Source: Candidatus Thalassarchaeaceae archaeon
GTDB taxonomy: Archaea; Thermoplasmatota; Poseidoniia; Poseidoniales; Thalassarchaeaceae
Length of the DNA stretch: 47,811 bases
Assembly: GCA_029250665.1 (NCBI GenBank)
Contig: JAQXEV010000034.1
Coordinates: forward strand, 1 to 47,811
Direction: 5' to 3'
Below, piece after piece: positions 8,818-18,384 of the stretch. The number at the start of each line of letters is the position of its first letter. Positions within the stretch are counted from its first letter, which is position 1. The translations under genes and the position numbers were made by a program. The notes beneath the pieces were generated by a model. It had not been told where the DNA came from. It worked only from the letters and a program-made list of their open reading frames with translations, and searched no databases.

Positions 8818-9615
8818 CTAATTACGCTCAGGCTCGGCCTGTCCGAGCCAATTGGAGAATTCGGGCCCATCTTGTCCACAAATTGAGAGCACACCATTGA
8901 AACGCTCACCAATTTGGTGCAACACTTCCGACTCAGCCAAATGAGGGGCATTGTTTTTCTCGGACAAATGGCACAGAACAACACTTTGCAATCTAGGGTG
9001 CAAAACTTCGGTCAATATGTCCGCAGTCTGCTCATTTGAAAGGTGACCCCCCCTGCCTGTAATACGCCGTTTCAACGAAGGAGGATAGGGCCCAGAGATC
9101 AACCTCTCCAAGTCGTAATTTGCCTCGATTGAAATGTGCTCACAACCCGAAAGATGCTTCATCAACTCAAGCGTGGGCTCACCTAAATCTGTTACAATTG
9201 CAGCCCTACGGCCATCACCATTACTAGCGATAATTCCAACATTTTCAGCATCATCATGAGGTACTGGCACTGGCAATAAACTCAGGTCATCAGCGATGTG
9301 TAATCTCTCCAATCCTTCAAAAGTCCGAACCTCTGAAATAGGTTCCAATCCCAATCTCATAGTAGTCTCGAGATTAGCATACAAACGCGCCCCCCATTTC
9401 TTTGAAGCACGCGCAGCAGATTTCGAGTGATCGGAGTGATGATGACTCACAATTATGGCATCTATCGAACTACCTTCGACTCCTGCCCTTGCCAACCTCG
9501 CTTCCATCTGCCGTAGAGAGAATCCACAGTCGATGACAACGCGAGTCTCGCCGGTAGAAAGCAGTGTGGCATTGCCTCGACTGCCACTTCCCAGATGCGT
9601 TATCTCTAGACCCAT
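8818..9615 (-). CDS. MBL-fold metallo-hydrolase (YycJ/PhnP-like, COG1235 type)
   Basis: The N-terminus 'LEITHLGSGSRGNATLLSTGETRVVIDCGFS' and the HxHxDH motif 'IIVSHHHSDHSKS' are present, with later conserved His/Asp ('VPVPHDDAEN', 'GRGGHLSNEQ'). Confidence 0.85.
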   Translation of the reverse strand: MGLEITHLGSGSRGNATLLSTGETRVVIDCGFSLRQMEARLARAGVEGSSIDAIIVSHHHSDHSKSAARASKKWGARLYANLETTMRLGLEPISEVRTFEGLERLHIADDLSLLPVPVPHDDAENVGIIASNGDGRRAAIVTDLGEPTLELMKHLSGCEHISIEANYDLERLISGPYPPSLKRRITGRGGHLSNEQTADILTEVLHPRLQSVVLCHLSEKNNAPHLAESEVLHQIGERFNGVLSICGQDGPEFSNWLGQAEPERN

Positions 9616-9794
9616 CGAACCATTCCAAGCGGCGGCGCAGTCGGGTCTTCAATACAACCCCGACAAGCCCTTCATACACCCCGAACACTCACCCCCTCTC
9701 ACGCACGCGACGGCGTAGCCGTCGGTCGCGGACCATCCTTAGATGTCCGAACGACGCTCCATCATCGTCATAAGTCAAGCAAGAGCGCTCGCGA

Positions 9795-12700
9795 ATGTCC
9801 AGACGAGGTCATATCATGCGACGCAAGCAGACCGCTTTCTTCGTGACCCTACTCATACTGAGTAGTCTAGTCTTCGTATCCCAGACTCGGCCCCAGGCTC
9901 CAGTCTCCTCGGTAGACCCTCCTGACCAGCCAGGTTCTGGACCGATGGCGGTGGACCAAGATGAGGATCTCATCCCAGATATCCATGAGGTGATATTTGG
10001 AGAGGCACGTCATATTGACACTCCATTTGGAATCATAGTCATCGATGGTCTTGATCCGATGAATGGCTCTGACAATATAACCGACTTCGACCGAGATGGG
10101 GCGAGCGCCCTGATGGAATATTGCTGGCCTTGGACGCTCGACACATGTTTCACCGAACGTCTCTCCTTGACAGGTAAATCCCCTGATGAAACGGAATCAG
10201 GTTTCCGGGAGTACCTCGACCCTCGTGAATCAGATAGCGATGGGGACGGAATACCCGACGGTTTTGAGATATACATGTGCACCGAGGGCGGTACTGGGTA
10301 CCAAAACCAAGCGACCAGCGAATGGGTCTGCCTCTACTTTGATCCTCTCGATAGTTCAGATCTGGTAGAAGATGCAGATCTGTGCATTGAACAAGCGAGC
10401 CAGTGGGGTTGCGGCGATGGATTCGACATAAACCGTGACGGCGAGATAGATATCGGTGAGAGATACACAAATTCCGAGGAATATTGGTTCGGCGCACCTG
10501 ATGGTTGGCTGACCGAGAGAGATGGCTTGTGGTGCGCTGGTAAAATGCCAAATTTGCATGCGGACGCTTGTCAGACCGATATCGAGCGTCCGACTGGAGA
10601 TGATGGTTGGTTAGGTACCGATCCGCGACGAATCGATTCGGACCATTACACTTGGAGCGAGTTGGTTCCAACCAGCCTCGCTGTACCAGGTGATGGAATC
10701 CCAGATGGATGGGAAGCCTATCACGGACTCGACCCTCGAAATGCCAGCGATGCGGTCCTCGATAGCGATTCGGATGGTTGGGATATCGATCGAGATGGCT
10801 TCATCATTCCAGATACATCAATTGCCACCGCTCAATGGGGCGAGGCATTCAGTAATTTTGAGGAGTACATGCTCCACCTCGATAGTGGCAATTGGGTTCG
10901 CCCGGGATTGAGAGCTTCGATGCTTACGGGCGCTTCTGAAGAGTCAATGTTCTTCGATCAGAGTACTGACCCCATGCTCGTCGATGGTCGAGTTCACACA
11001 GTGATTTCCGACCAAGGAAGAGACCGTTTGATTGTTGGCTCAGCCTATGGAATCACCACCATCGACCCATTCCAAGGCACCTCCTCAACGGCCGAGCTTC
11101 CTCAAGGGATGGAGATGTTCACAATGATGAGGTGGAGTCCAGCATCAGAGGATTACCTCATCATCGGCACCAATCAAGGCCTTCACGCCTTGATTCTTGA
11201 AAACGGTCTACCACAGATGGATACGATGACCGAATCTGATATCGGGGCCGTTCGGGTCATAGAGAGACTTCAGACCGGCAGTGGTGATCTCGACCTCTTC
11301 ATTCTTGGCCAAGGCACAAATGTCTGGACGATGACCCTTTCCGAGCCTGCCTCGGGTCGAGGCACTCCTGATTTCACCTCTCCAATCTTCATTCAACCCC
11401 TCTCCGATCTCGTCGCAGATGCAGGTGCCTCTCTGACGGAAGTCATTCACGTGCCGATGGCCGGGCGAGGTCCAATGCTCATCGTCGGAACTGACAGTGG
11501 AATGATCCGCTGGGACACGACCGATGGAACACCATCCATCGGCAACCCATTCTGGATTTATGATACTGACACGGCGGAGGATTACGTGCAATTTGCCGAC
11601 CTTCTAAATTCCTCTAAATCTGCTGTTGTGAATGTGATGGAGCTCGCTGGCCCAGTCGCCGCCGATGGCTCGCTCGAAGAGGTCACAGGAATCTGGCTGG
11701 GTACTCCTGGCGGCTTGCACCTAATCGATCTCGACCTCTTCGTCGGTCTACCAGAGCAGGCCTTCAACACCGATCGAATGTTCAACATTGAGCGATGGGA
11801 GGAAGGCGCTAACGACATTCACTCGATTCTCGCCATTGAAAAATGTGTCATCCTCGGTTCAAGAGATGGAACTTGGGCTCTCGAAGGTGGCTCTCACGGC
11901 ATCCTTGGATATTTTGGTAATCAGACGAGACTCCCTGGTTTAGTCACATCACTCTCGACTTTCATCAATGATGGCAATGAGTATATCTTCGCTGGAGTAT
12001 CACCTGGTAAATACATGAACATCATGCCGATCGACCCGCAGTCCTCTGATTCCGACCTCGACGGCATGCCTGATGGTTGGGAATTTGTCTACGGCCTCGA
12101 CCCTACTGACCCTTACGACCGTGAGCGCGATGCTGACGCTGATGGAGTTCACTTCGATGTTGCCGGAGTCGAATTCAGCCGCGATTGGAGTAATCTCGAC
12201 GAATATCGCTTCGTCAATACTAGCGAGGGTGGTTTCAACGGCACCGATCCTCGCAATATCGATACTGATGGCGACGGCTTGACCGACGGTCAGGAGTATT
12301 GGGGATGGTTCGCAGACTCGACGGAATTCTCTTGCCATTACCTGAATGAGGAATACATCTGTGACGATGATGACGGCGAAGATGCCCTCGACGTTCACCT
12401 CTCTGGTTGGCTTAACTCTGGAGCTGGTGGAGGAACTGATGGCCCAACCGATCCGACGAGCGCTGACAGTGACGGTGACGGAATGCCCGACGGCTGGGAG
12501 ATTGAGCACCGTCGCTGGATTGGCGATGTTTACACCGGAGGCAACCTCTGGACCCTTGACCCGCGTGACCCGAGCGATGCGACCATGGATGCTGATGGAG
12601 ATGGCCTCGATAACCTCTGTGAATACATGTGGGGCAACTTGCTGGAGACGGTCCTTATCGAAGGCCTACCTACTCACCGAGAGAACGCCAGCGCTGCTCA

Positions 12701-15548
12701 GAGTTGGACCAAGACCGACCCCAATAACCCCGATTCCGATGGCGATTCTCTACCTGACGGCTGGGAGGCCCGTTACCAGTGCACTTGGGGCCGCAATAAT
12801 CAAGGAATCAACCCGCTGAATGGCTCGGACGCCCTCAACAACCCGGATGGAGATGGATTCGATGTCAATCATGACGGTGTCCTCGACTTGAATGAGAGCT
12901 TGGTCAATTGGCTGGAATACCATCTCAAGGATCAGATTATCCACACCGATACGACCGATACAGGCCTCACATTTCCAGATAATTTCACCACACTGCTCGC
13001 CCACGAGTCATGGATTGGCTTCGCTGGAGCCTCTTTCGGCCTCCACACTAGCAATTCCTATCGTAGTCTGATTAACGGCACCACTAGCGACGATGTCGGT
13101 GCCTCTAACCCTCTGGAATCCGACTCCGACCACGATGGCATCCCTGACGGTTGGGAATTCTACCACGCGCGGTGGAGTCTGTATGACGAGGGTTGGACTC
13201 TCAATCCTGTCGATGAAGGCGATCAGATTGGCGATCCCGACGGTGATGGGATGAACAATTGGGAGGAGTACAATGTCATCGACGGAAACATGAGTGAGAT
13301 CGATGATCTCACGACCGTACCGCAATTCTACCTCCTCCACGTCGGTGGTGAATTACTCGCAACACCTTGGCTCTCCGCTGAATCCACACTCTCATTCGGA
13401 ACATTCCTAAGCGAGGAGCAAATTTCTCTCACCGGCTACACCGCTGATCCCAACGACCCAGATACCGATGGCGACGGCCTTCTCGATGGGATCGAATTGA
13501 TGTTCACTCGCTGGAATGCCAGCGATGAGGTCTGGACCCTCAATCCATTGGTAGCCGGCGATGGAAATTACGACTCGGATCGCGACGGCATCACAGACCT
13601 TGTTGAACTCAATCTCACAAATAAGAATCCCCAAAATGGCGGACTATCGCCACCCGACGCTCCCCGACTTTGGGAAGAAGCCGAATCTCTCGACCCGGAC
13701 GAGTCGGTCAACAGAGTATATCGTATCCTCTTCAACAAGGAAGGTCGGGCCGAAATCGCCCTTGAGCAATTCGATGCATGGCAGCTCGGTGAGCCGGCCA
13801 AGCCGCTGCTACAAGCCTTGTTGGGCATCACCGACCCAAATGCCGAGGACACTGACCGGGATGGCATGAGTGATGGCTACGAGTACTGGTTCACCGAATG
13901 GGACCTAGAAGCCAATATTTGGACGATGAACGCACTTACAGATGCCGATGTCCATGTAGATAGTGATGAGGATTCATTCGATTGCAATGGAGACGGATAC
14001 ATATCGGACTCGGAATCATTCGACAACCTTGCTGAATACGATGCCCGCGTCTATGGGAAGCGTTCGGCAATCGACACAATACCTAATGGAACAGGCTTAG
14101 TGTCCTACGGTCTCGACACGATTACCGCCTTCATGCAGGAGCAAAGCATGTCTGAGCAAGCCGCTGCCGACCAACTTTGGGTGATGTTTTCGACCAAGGA
14201 CATCGTCTCAAGTGATCGGGCAGGTCTAATCAACTCCATTGACCCCGACAATTTCAATTTCAGTCTTGCAGGGGTCTCTGATCCAACACATGCAGACTCC
14301 GACAGCGATGGCCTGCCCGATGGCTGGGAATTCTGTTACTCGATTTACGGCCAATGGCTACCCGTCAACGAGTACCGCTGGTCTCTCAATCCACTGAACC
14401 CTCTCGACATCGAGTATGATCCTGATGCTGACGGCTGGTACGACCGAACAATATTCGACACTCCTGCCACACAAGGAGAGTGGGAGAACCGTGAATTCAC
14501 ACCAGGACCAGCCGGCGACCAAATCATCCCATCTTACGCTGAACTCTACTTCACTAATCTGATGGAATACAATAACGGAACTCATCCGCTTGACATCGAT
14601 AGCGACGATGACTCTCAGATTATGGAGGTCACTCGAAGCGGCGGAAACGTCGTCAGCTATGAACAGAACATGAATCTTTCAGATGGCCGTGAGGTGTTCA
14701 AGTATGGAACAAACGCGCTTGACAACGACACGGACGGCGACATGATGCCCGACTTCTACGAGTATTATAGAGGTTGGAACGAGACCAATGACAATTGGTC
14801 TTCGCACCTACAGATTTCAGTCGTCTGGTATCAGGTAACGCCGAGCGTCCTCAAGCCCGTCACCGTCAATGGTGGCACAATCGGACGTCCATTACTCGAT
14901 TGGACATGGTTCACACACGACGCGACCGACGCCAGCGATGCGGGCCAAGATGCGGACAATGACGGAGGCTGGGATTGTACTGGGGGCAATTGTGTTTACA
15001 TTCCATACAACAATTTCCAAGAATACTACGGCGTTGTCAATGCGACTCTTTCCTCACCAACACTTGTTCGACAGGCGAACCTCTTCGATTGCTCAGGAGG
15101 CACTGTTGAGGAATGGTGGCAACTGCGCGAGGCTCTGCTAGGGACATGTGGCGGGGCTGCTGCGCTTGAGACCAATTACTTCCGAATGTACAAAATTAAC
15201 AACGACGATACCCTCTATGCTTACATCGTCGATGACAATGATGTCGATTACCAATTGCTAGATGAATCCGATGACGAAATACTCGTCAACGGAGCTTGGG
15301 CAGACATATACGATCGATTTGCTGGTGATCGATATCACTTCCCTAACACTGGTTTGGGAGAATATGTCTGGGGCTGGTGGATGATTGATATTGATGGCGA
15401 TCAAATCGCTGACGGTACAAATCCAGCGCACTGGGATACCGATGGTGATTGGCTAAACGATTACTTTGAGATCGAGGACGATATGTTGGACGGTGTACGG
15501 GGTAACTCGGGTTCGCCGATTCGTTATGATGACCGAACGACCGAGTGA
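9795..15548 (+). CDS. Giant (1917 aa) secreted protein: more than 20 thrombospondin-type-3-like Ca-binding repeats flanking a beta-propeller-like region
   Basis: N-terminal signal/anchor 'RRKQTAFFVTLLILSSLVFVSQT'. DxDxDGxxDxxE motifs recur: 'DSDGDGIPDGFE' (10233-10268), 'DSDLDGMPDGWE', 'DTDGDGLTDGQE', 'DSDGDGMPDGWE', 'DADGDGLDNLCE', 'DSDGDSLPDGWE', 'DSDHDGIPDGWE', 'DPDGDGMNNWEE', 'DTDGDGLLDGIE', 'DSDRDGITDLVE', 'DTDRDGMSDGYE', 'DSDSDGLPDGWE', 'DTDGDMMPDFYE', 'DTDGDWLNDYFE' and others. About 10980-12030 holds Reg_prop-like blade motifs ('LIVGSAYGITTID', 'LIIGTNQGLHALI', 'LIVGTDSGMIRWD', 'IWLGTPGGLHLID', 'VILGSRDGTWALE'). There is no C-terminal TM. Confidence 0.85.
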   Translation: MSRRGHIMRRKQTAFFVTLLILSSLVFVSQTRPQAPVSSVDPPDQPGSGPMAVDQDEDLIPDIHEVIFGEARHIDTPFGIIVIDGLDPMNGSDNITDFDRDGASALMEYCWPWTLDTCFTERLSLTGKSPDETESGFREYLDPRESDSDGDGIPDGFEIYMCTEGGTGYQNQATSEWVCLYFDPLDSSDLVEDADLCIEQASQWGCGDGFDINRDGEIDIGERYTNSEEYWFGAPDGWLTERDGLWCAGKMPNLHADACQTDIERPTGDDGWLGTDPRRIDSDHYTWSELVPTSLAVPGDGIPDGWEAYHGLDPRNASDAVLDSDSDGWDIDRDGFIIPDTSIATAQWGEAFSNFEEYMLHLDSGNWVRPGLRASMLTGASEESMFFDQSTDPMLVDGRVHTVISDQGRDRLIVGSAYGITTIDPFQGTSSTAELPQGMEMFTMMRWSPASEDYLIIGTNQGLHALILENGLPQMDTMTESDIGAVRVIERLQTGSGDLDLFILGQGTNVWTMTLSEPASGRGTPDFTSPIFIQPLSDLVADAGASLTEVIHVPMAGRGPMLIVGTDSGMIRWDTTDGTPSIGNPFWIYDTDTAEDYVQFADLLNSSKSAVVNVMELAGPVAADGSLEEVTGIWLGTPGGLHLIDLDLFVGLPEQAFNTDRMFNIERWEEGANDIHSILAIEKCVILGSRDGTWALEGGSHGILGYFGNQTRLPGLVTSLSTFINDGNEYIFAGVSPGKYMNIMPIDPQSSDSDLDGMPDGWEFVYGLDPTDPYDRERDADADGVHFDVAGVEFSRDWSNLDEYRFVNTSEGGFNGTDPRNIDTDGDGLTDGQEYWGWFADSTEFSCHYLNEEYICDDDDGEDALDVHLSGWLNSGAGGGTDGPTDPTSADSDGDGMPDGWEIEHRRWIGDVYTGGNLWTLDPRDPSDATMDADGDGLDNLCEYMWGNLLETVLIEGLPTHRENASAAQSWTKTDPNNPDSDGDSLPDGWEARYQCTWGRNNQGINPLNGSDALNNPDGDGFDVNHDGVLDLNESLVNWLEYHLKDQIIHTDTTDTGLTFPDNFTTLLAHESWIGFAGASFGLHTSNSYRSLINGTTSDDVGASNPLESDSDHDGIPDGWEFYHARWSLYDEGWTLNPVDEGDQIGDPDGDGMNNWEEYNVIDGNMSEIDDLTTVPQFYLLHVGGELLATPWLSAESTLSFGTFLSEEQISLTGYTADPNDPDTDGDGLLDGIELMFTRWNASDEVWTLNPLVAGDGNYDSDRDGITDLVELNLTNKNPQNGGLSPPDAPRLWEEAESLDPDESVNRVYRILFNKEGRAEIALEQFDAWQLGEPAKPLLQALLGITDPNAEDTDRDGMSDGYEYWFTEWDLEANIWTMNALTDADVHVDSDEDSFDCNGDGYISDSESFDNLAEYDARVYGKRSAIDTIPNGTGLVSYGLDTITAFMQEQSMSEQAAADQLWVMFSTKDIVSSDRAGLINSIDPDNFNFSLAGVSDPTHADSDSDGLPDGWEFCYSIYGQWLPVNEYRWSLNPLNPLDIEYDPDADGWYDRTIFDTPATQGEWENREFTPGPAGDQIIPSYAELYFTNLMEYNNGTHPLDIDSDDDSQIMEVTRSGGNVVSYEQNMNLSDGREVFKYGTNALDNDTDGDMMPDFYEYYRGWNETNDNWSSHLQISVVWYQVTPSVLKPVTVNGGTIGRPLLDWTWFTHDATDASDAGQDADNDGGWDCTGGNCVYIPYNNFQEYYGVVNATLSSPTLVRQANLFDCSGGTVEEWWQLREALLGTCGGAAALETNYFRMYKINNDDTLYAYIVDDNDVDYQLLDESDDEILVNGAWADIYDRFAGDRYHFPNTGLGEYVWGWWMIDIDGDQIADGTNPAHWDTDGDWLNDYFEIEDDMLDGVRGNSGSPIRYDDRTTE

Positions 15549-15622
15549 TCTTGATAACGAACTGACCGAGGTACGTTTCTACTGAGCGACTTCGGTTGAT
15601 TCTTGAGTGAGGAACGCGAGGG

Positions 15623-16099
15623 TTGCCCGTGGACGAGGATGCGAAGATTCCCGGGCCGGAACAACCGGTCGAGGAGCGCCTACTGTTTCTACAGGAGAAT
15701 CTCGTCAACTTCGTCAAGCAGTACAGCCTCCCGGTAATCGAGGTAGCGCTTGTAGTCTCGAAGTACATCCGCATGCTTCTGACCTCATTGGAACAAGCTG
15801 CGGCTGAAAGCGGGGAAAAAATCCCTGCGAATATCGCCGAGCCTTGGGAGGTCGAGTTCGATGGAGTTGTGCCAAGTATCGAATCATTCCCACTGGACAA
15901 GTTGCTCGGAACTCTAGATGAGGATAGAATGGACATTCTCGACACTATGATGCGGGTGATTATCAACGGGGCCGAGATTCCTTTCTCATCCACTCTCACC
16001 TTACTGCGTGACTGGGAGATGCGGCTGCGAGCACAGATGGCCGAGGCGACCAGCCCCGGCCACTTGTTTAGCCCCATGGATCTTCCAGATGGATTCTGA
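15623..16099 (+). CDS. Hypothetical small acidic cytoplasmic protein (158 aa)
   Basis: Its acidic, helix-rich composition matches the rest of the proteome. The competing 244-aa minus-strand ORF (15343-16077) is Ser/Arg-rich and overlaps the giant gene. The start is TTG at 15623 (GTG at 15629 is an alternative). I recognised no motif. Confidence 0.5.
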   Translation: MPVDEDAKIPGPEQPVEERLLFLQENLVNFVKQYSLPVIEVALVVSKYIRMLLTSLEQAAAESGEKIPANIAEPWEVEFDGVVPSIESFPLDKLLGTLDEDRMDILDTMMRVIINGAEIPFSSTLTLLRDWEMRLRAQMAEATSPGHLFSPMDLPDGF

Positions 16100-16140
16100 T
16101 TTTCATCACAGAAGCCCTTACTCAGAGAGATTAACAGGTT

Positions 16141-16959
16141 TCATGATTCTATGCAGTATGGGCAGGATTTGGCGATTACGTACTGTTCGCTCTCCATTTC
16201 TTCCTCAGTCAAAGGCTCTCGACAAGCCCAGCATACCTGCGTAGTCGTCTCCTCAAGGGCGGGGTCGAGAGCGACACGACGGTCGAAAACAAAACAATCA
16301 CCATTCCAATGTTCGCCGCCGACTTCCTCGAAGTATCCTAGAATTCCACCCTTGAGTTGACGAACGTCGGAATAGCCTTGATTCATCATCACCGCGCTAG
16401 CCTTCTCACAGCGAATACCGCCGGTGCAGAACATCACAATTGTCTGATCCTTATCGATTCCAGATGTACTCACCGCTTCTGGGAAGCCACGGAACGAGGA
16501 TAAATTGAGGTCGATTGCTCCATCAAAAGTTCCTAATTTGACTTCGTAATCATTGCGTGTATCGAGGACGGCAATTTCACGCCCCTCGTCCATCCACTGC
16601 TTGAATTCAGCCGGTGAGATATTTTCGCCAGTATGCTCGGCTGGGCGAATTTCGTCAAGGCCAAGTGAAATGATTTCTTTCTTCAATCGAACATTCATTC
16701 TCCTGAACGACATCCTTTCGCTGTAAGAAAACTTCAATTTGATGCCGACAAATCTCTCATCCTTCTGAAGAAATTCAAGAAATTCTTCGATGCCGGACTG
16801 GTTGCCAGAAAGAAAGAAGTTGATTCCTTCGTGACTGAGTAAAATTGTCCCGAGAAGTCCGGCTTCGTCGCACGCAGACTTGAACGGAGCGCGCAAAGCG
16901 TCGCGATCGGGCAAATCGACGAAGCGATATCCTGCGATATTGACGATTTGACCTTCCAC
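16141..16959 (-). CDS. trhO: Rhodanese-domain tRNA uridine(34) hydroxylase, UPF0176/YceA family
   Basis: The N-terminus 'IVNIAGYRFVDLPDRDALRAPFKSACDEAGLLGTILLSHEGINFFLSG' is typical of UPF0176. The rhodanese active-site loop is 'MFCTGGIRCEKASAVM'. The C-terminal Cys cluster is 'CWACREPL...CPYC'. Confidence 0.85.
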   Translation of the reverse strand: MEGQIVNIAGYRFVDLPDRDALRAPFKSACDEAGLLGTILLSHEGINFFLSGNQSGIEEFLEFLQKDERFVGIKLKFSYSERMSFRRMNVRLKKEIISLGLDEIRPAEHTGENISPAEFKQWMDEGREIAVLDTRNDYEVKLGTFDGAIDLNLSSFRGFPEAVSTSGIDKDQTIVMFCTGGIRCEKASAVMMNQGYSDVRQLKGGILGYFEEVGGEHWNGDCFVFDRRVALDPALEETTTQVCWACREPLTEEEMESEQYVIAKSCPYCIES

Positions 16960-16969
16960 TCAGCCCACC

Positions 16970-17299
16970 CTATCCGGATTGAGCGCGCGCGACTATCCCG
17001 CTTGAAACCCACCATGCATCACCGATGGACCAGATGTAGAGTATAGGCCAAAGGACGATGGTCAGAATCAGCGGGAATTGCACGGCAAACCAGCCCGCAG
17101 CCTTGCGATGTTGCCGGTTGAAGTGCTGACCGATATAGAGGAACGGAACTAGGGCTAAAGCAATGGCAATAAGAGGTCTAAGAGCCCCCCATGGACCTAT
17201 CCCTCCACTAATCTCGTACCAGATGACTCGGACGACTCCCAAGGGACCTGCGCCCCCCTCATCCTCTTCGACCACCTGCACGACGTACTCGTCGCTCAT
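16970..17299 (-). CDS. Small two-TM membrane protein, hypothetical; probably co-transcribed with trhO
   Basis: The ORF runs to 17359, but the internal ATG at 17299 ('MSDEYVVQVVEEDEGG...') leaves room for the divergent promoter. Two hydrophobic segments are 'LRPLIAIALALVPFLYI' and 'FAVQFPLILTIVLWPILYIW'. The gap to the trhO start is 10 nt. Confidence 0.5.
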   Translation of the reverse strand: MSDEYVVQVVEEDEGGAGPLGVVRVIWYEISGGIGPWGALRPLIAIALALVPFLYIGQHFNRQHRKAAGWFAVQFPLILTIVLWPILYIWSIGDAWWVSSGIVARAQSG

Positions 17300-17367
17300 C
17301 GATACACCCTCACGCCGCTGGTGAATGAATCTGACGACGCGGCGGGCCGCGTAAAGCACAACTATCG

Positions 17368-18384
17368 ATGGCCTATGAGCGGGCCGTGACCCTACGAGTC
17401 TTGCTCACGGGATTCCCTCCTTTTGGTGGCCATAATGAGAATGTTTCAGACAAGGTTCGCTGTAAGATTGAGTCGGTTGGAATTGTCGATATTGAATTGC
17501 AGACTTTACTGTTGACTTGTGACGAAGCGGGCTCGGAGCATGTTGCTTCTTTGATTCGTGATGGAGGCCGCTTCGATGCAATTATTCATCTCGGATTGGC
17601 TGAATCCCGCTCGGCAATTTCGCTTGAGCGCTGTGGGCAGAATGAGTCGAGGTTTCGCATGGCTGACAATTCTGGACGAGTGGCGCAAGGGATGGTCATC
17701 GAGGGAGGTCCTGCAAGGTTGGCTACGACCGCTTCTGTGCATGTGTTGGATGAGGAATTTGAACACGAGTCAGATATTGCTTGGAGCGATTCAGCCGGAG
17801 CGTTTGTCTGTAATGAGACGATTTATCGTACTCTAGAAGCGATCGACTCTGTCTCTGCGAAGACTTCGGATGGTCGAGCGCTTCCAGCCATTTTCATTCA
17901 CCTTCCGCCTGAATCTGAGGTTTCTCTGGAACGGCAGGTCGATGTTGTGCGGCGAGTTGTGTTGGCGCTGGCTAGTAAGCCACGGCTCGAAGTCGTCGGC
18001 GCACTAATCTTCGATGCCGAGGGGCGTATTCTCGCCTGTCGTCGACCTCCTGAGGATGTTTGGGGTGGATGGTGGGAATTCCCTGGAGGCAAAGTCGATG
18101 CTGGTGAGAGACCACGGGAAGCCTTAGTTCGTGAGATTGCTGAGGAATTACAACTCGATGTGGTACCTGAACGCATCGTCGCATCGCTGAACCATGAGTA
18201 TGATGATCGCCACGTTTCTCTCGATATCTGGAATTGTGGTGTTATCGACCCGAAGTTGGTTAATCCTATCGAACACGACGAGGTGCGCTGGCTCGACAGA
18301 GGCTCTCTCGATTCAGTGAAGTGGCTTCCAGCTGATGAACCACTTATCCGAGAATGGGTTGAATCCGGACTGCCTCAGTCCTGA
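17368..18384 (+). CDS. pcp: Fusion protein: pyroglutamyl-peptidase I (peptidase C15) N-terminal domain plus MutT-like Nudix hydrolase C-terminal domain
   Basis: Pcp motifs: 'VLLTGFPPFGGHNENVS', 'ISLERCGQN' (Glu), 'SAGAFVCNETIY' (Cys), 'AIFIHLP' (His). Nudix box: 'GGWWEFPGGKVDAGERPREALVREIAEELQL' (Gx5Ex7REUxEE). The junction is near aa 205-210 (about nt 17985). Confidence 0.8.
   Translation: MAYERAVTLRVLLTGFPPFGGHNENVSDKVRCKIESVGIVDIELQTLLLTCDEAGSEHVASLIRDGGRFDAIIHLGLAESRSAISLERCGQNESRFRMADNSGRVAQGMVIEGGPARLATTASVHVLDEEFEHESDIAWSDSAGAFVCNETIYRTLEAIDSVSAKTSDGRALPAIFIHLPPESEVSLERQVDVVRRVVLALASKPRLEVVGALIFDAEGRILACRRPPEDVWGGWWEFPGGKVDAGERPREALVREIAEELQLDVVPERIVASLNHEYDDRHVSLDIWNCGVIDPKLVNPIEHDEVRWLDRGSLDSVKWLPADEPLIREWVESGLPQS

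Noticed and set aside
15343-16077. 244-aa minus-strand ORF overlapping the end of the 1917-aa gene and the 158-aa plus-strand ORF
   Set aside because: The translation is Ser/Arg/Thr-rich, typical of the antisense frame of acidic genes. It overlaps about 200 nt of the giant gene, and the plus-strand frame has a proteome-like acidic composition.
9795-16099. Idea that the 1917-aa protein is a polymorphic toxin and the downstream 158-aa acidic protein its immunity factor
   Set aside because: No recognisable C-terminal toxin domain, RHS/YD core or pre-toxin motif is present. TSP3-like repeats continue to the very C-terminus. Adjacency alone is insufficient.
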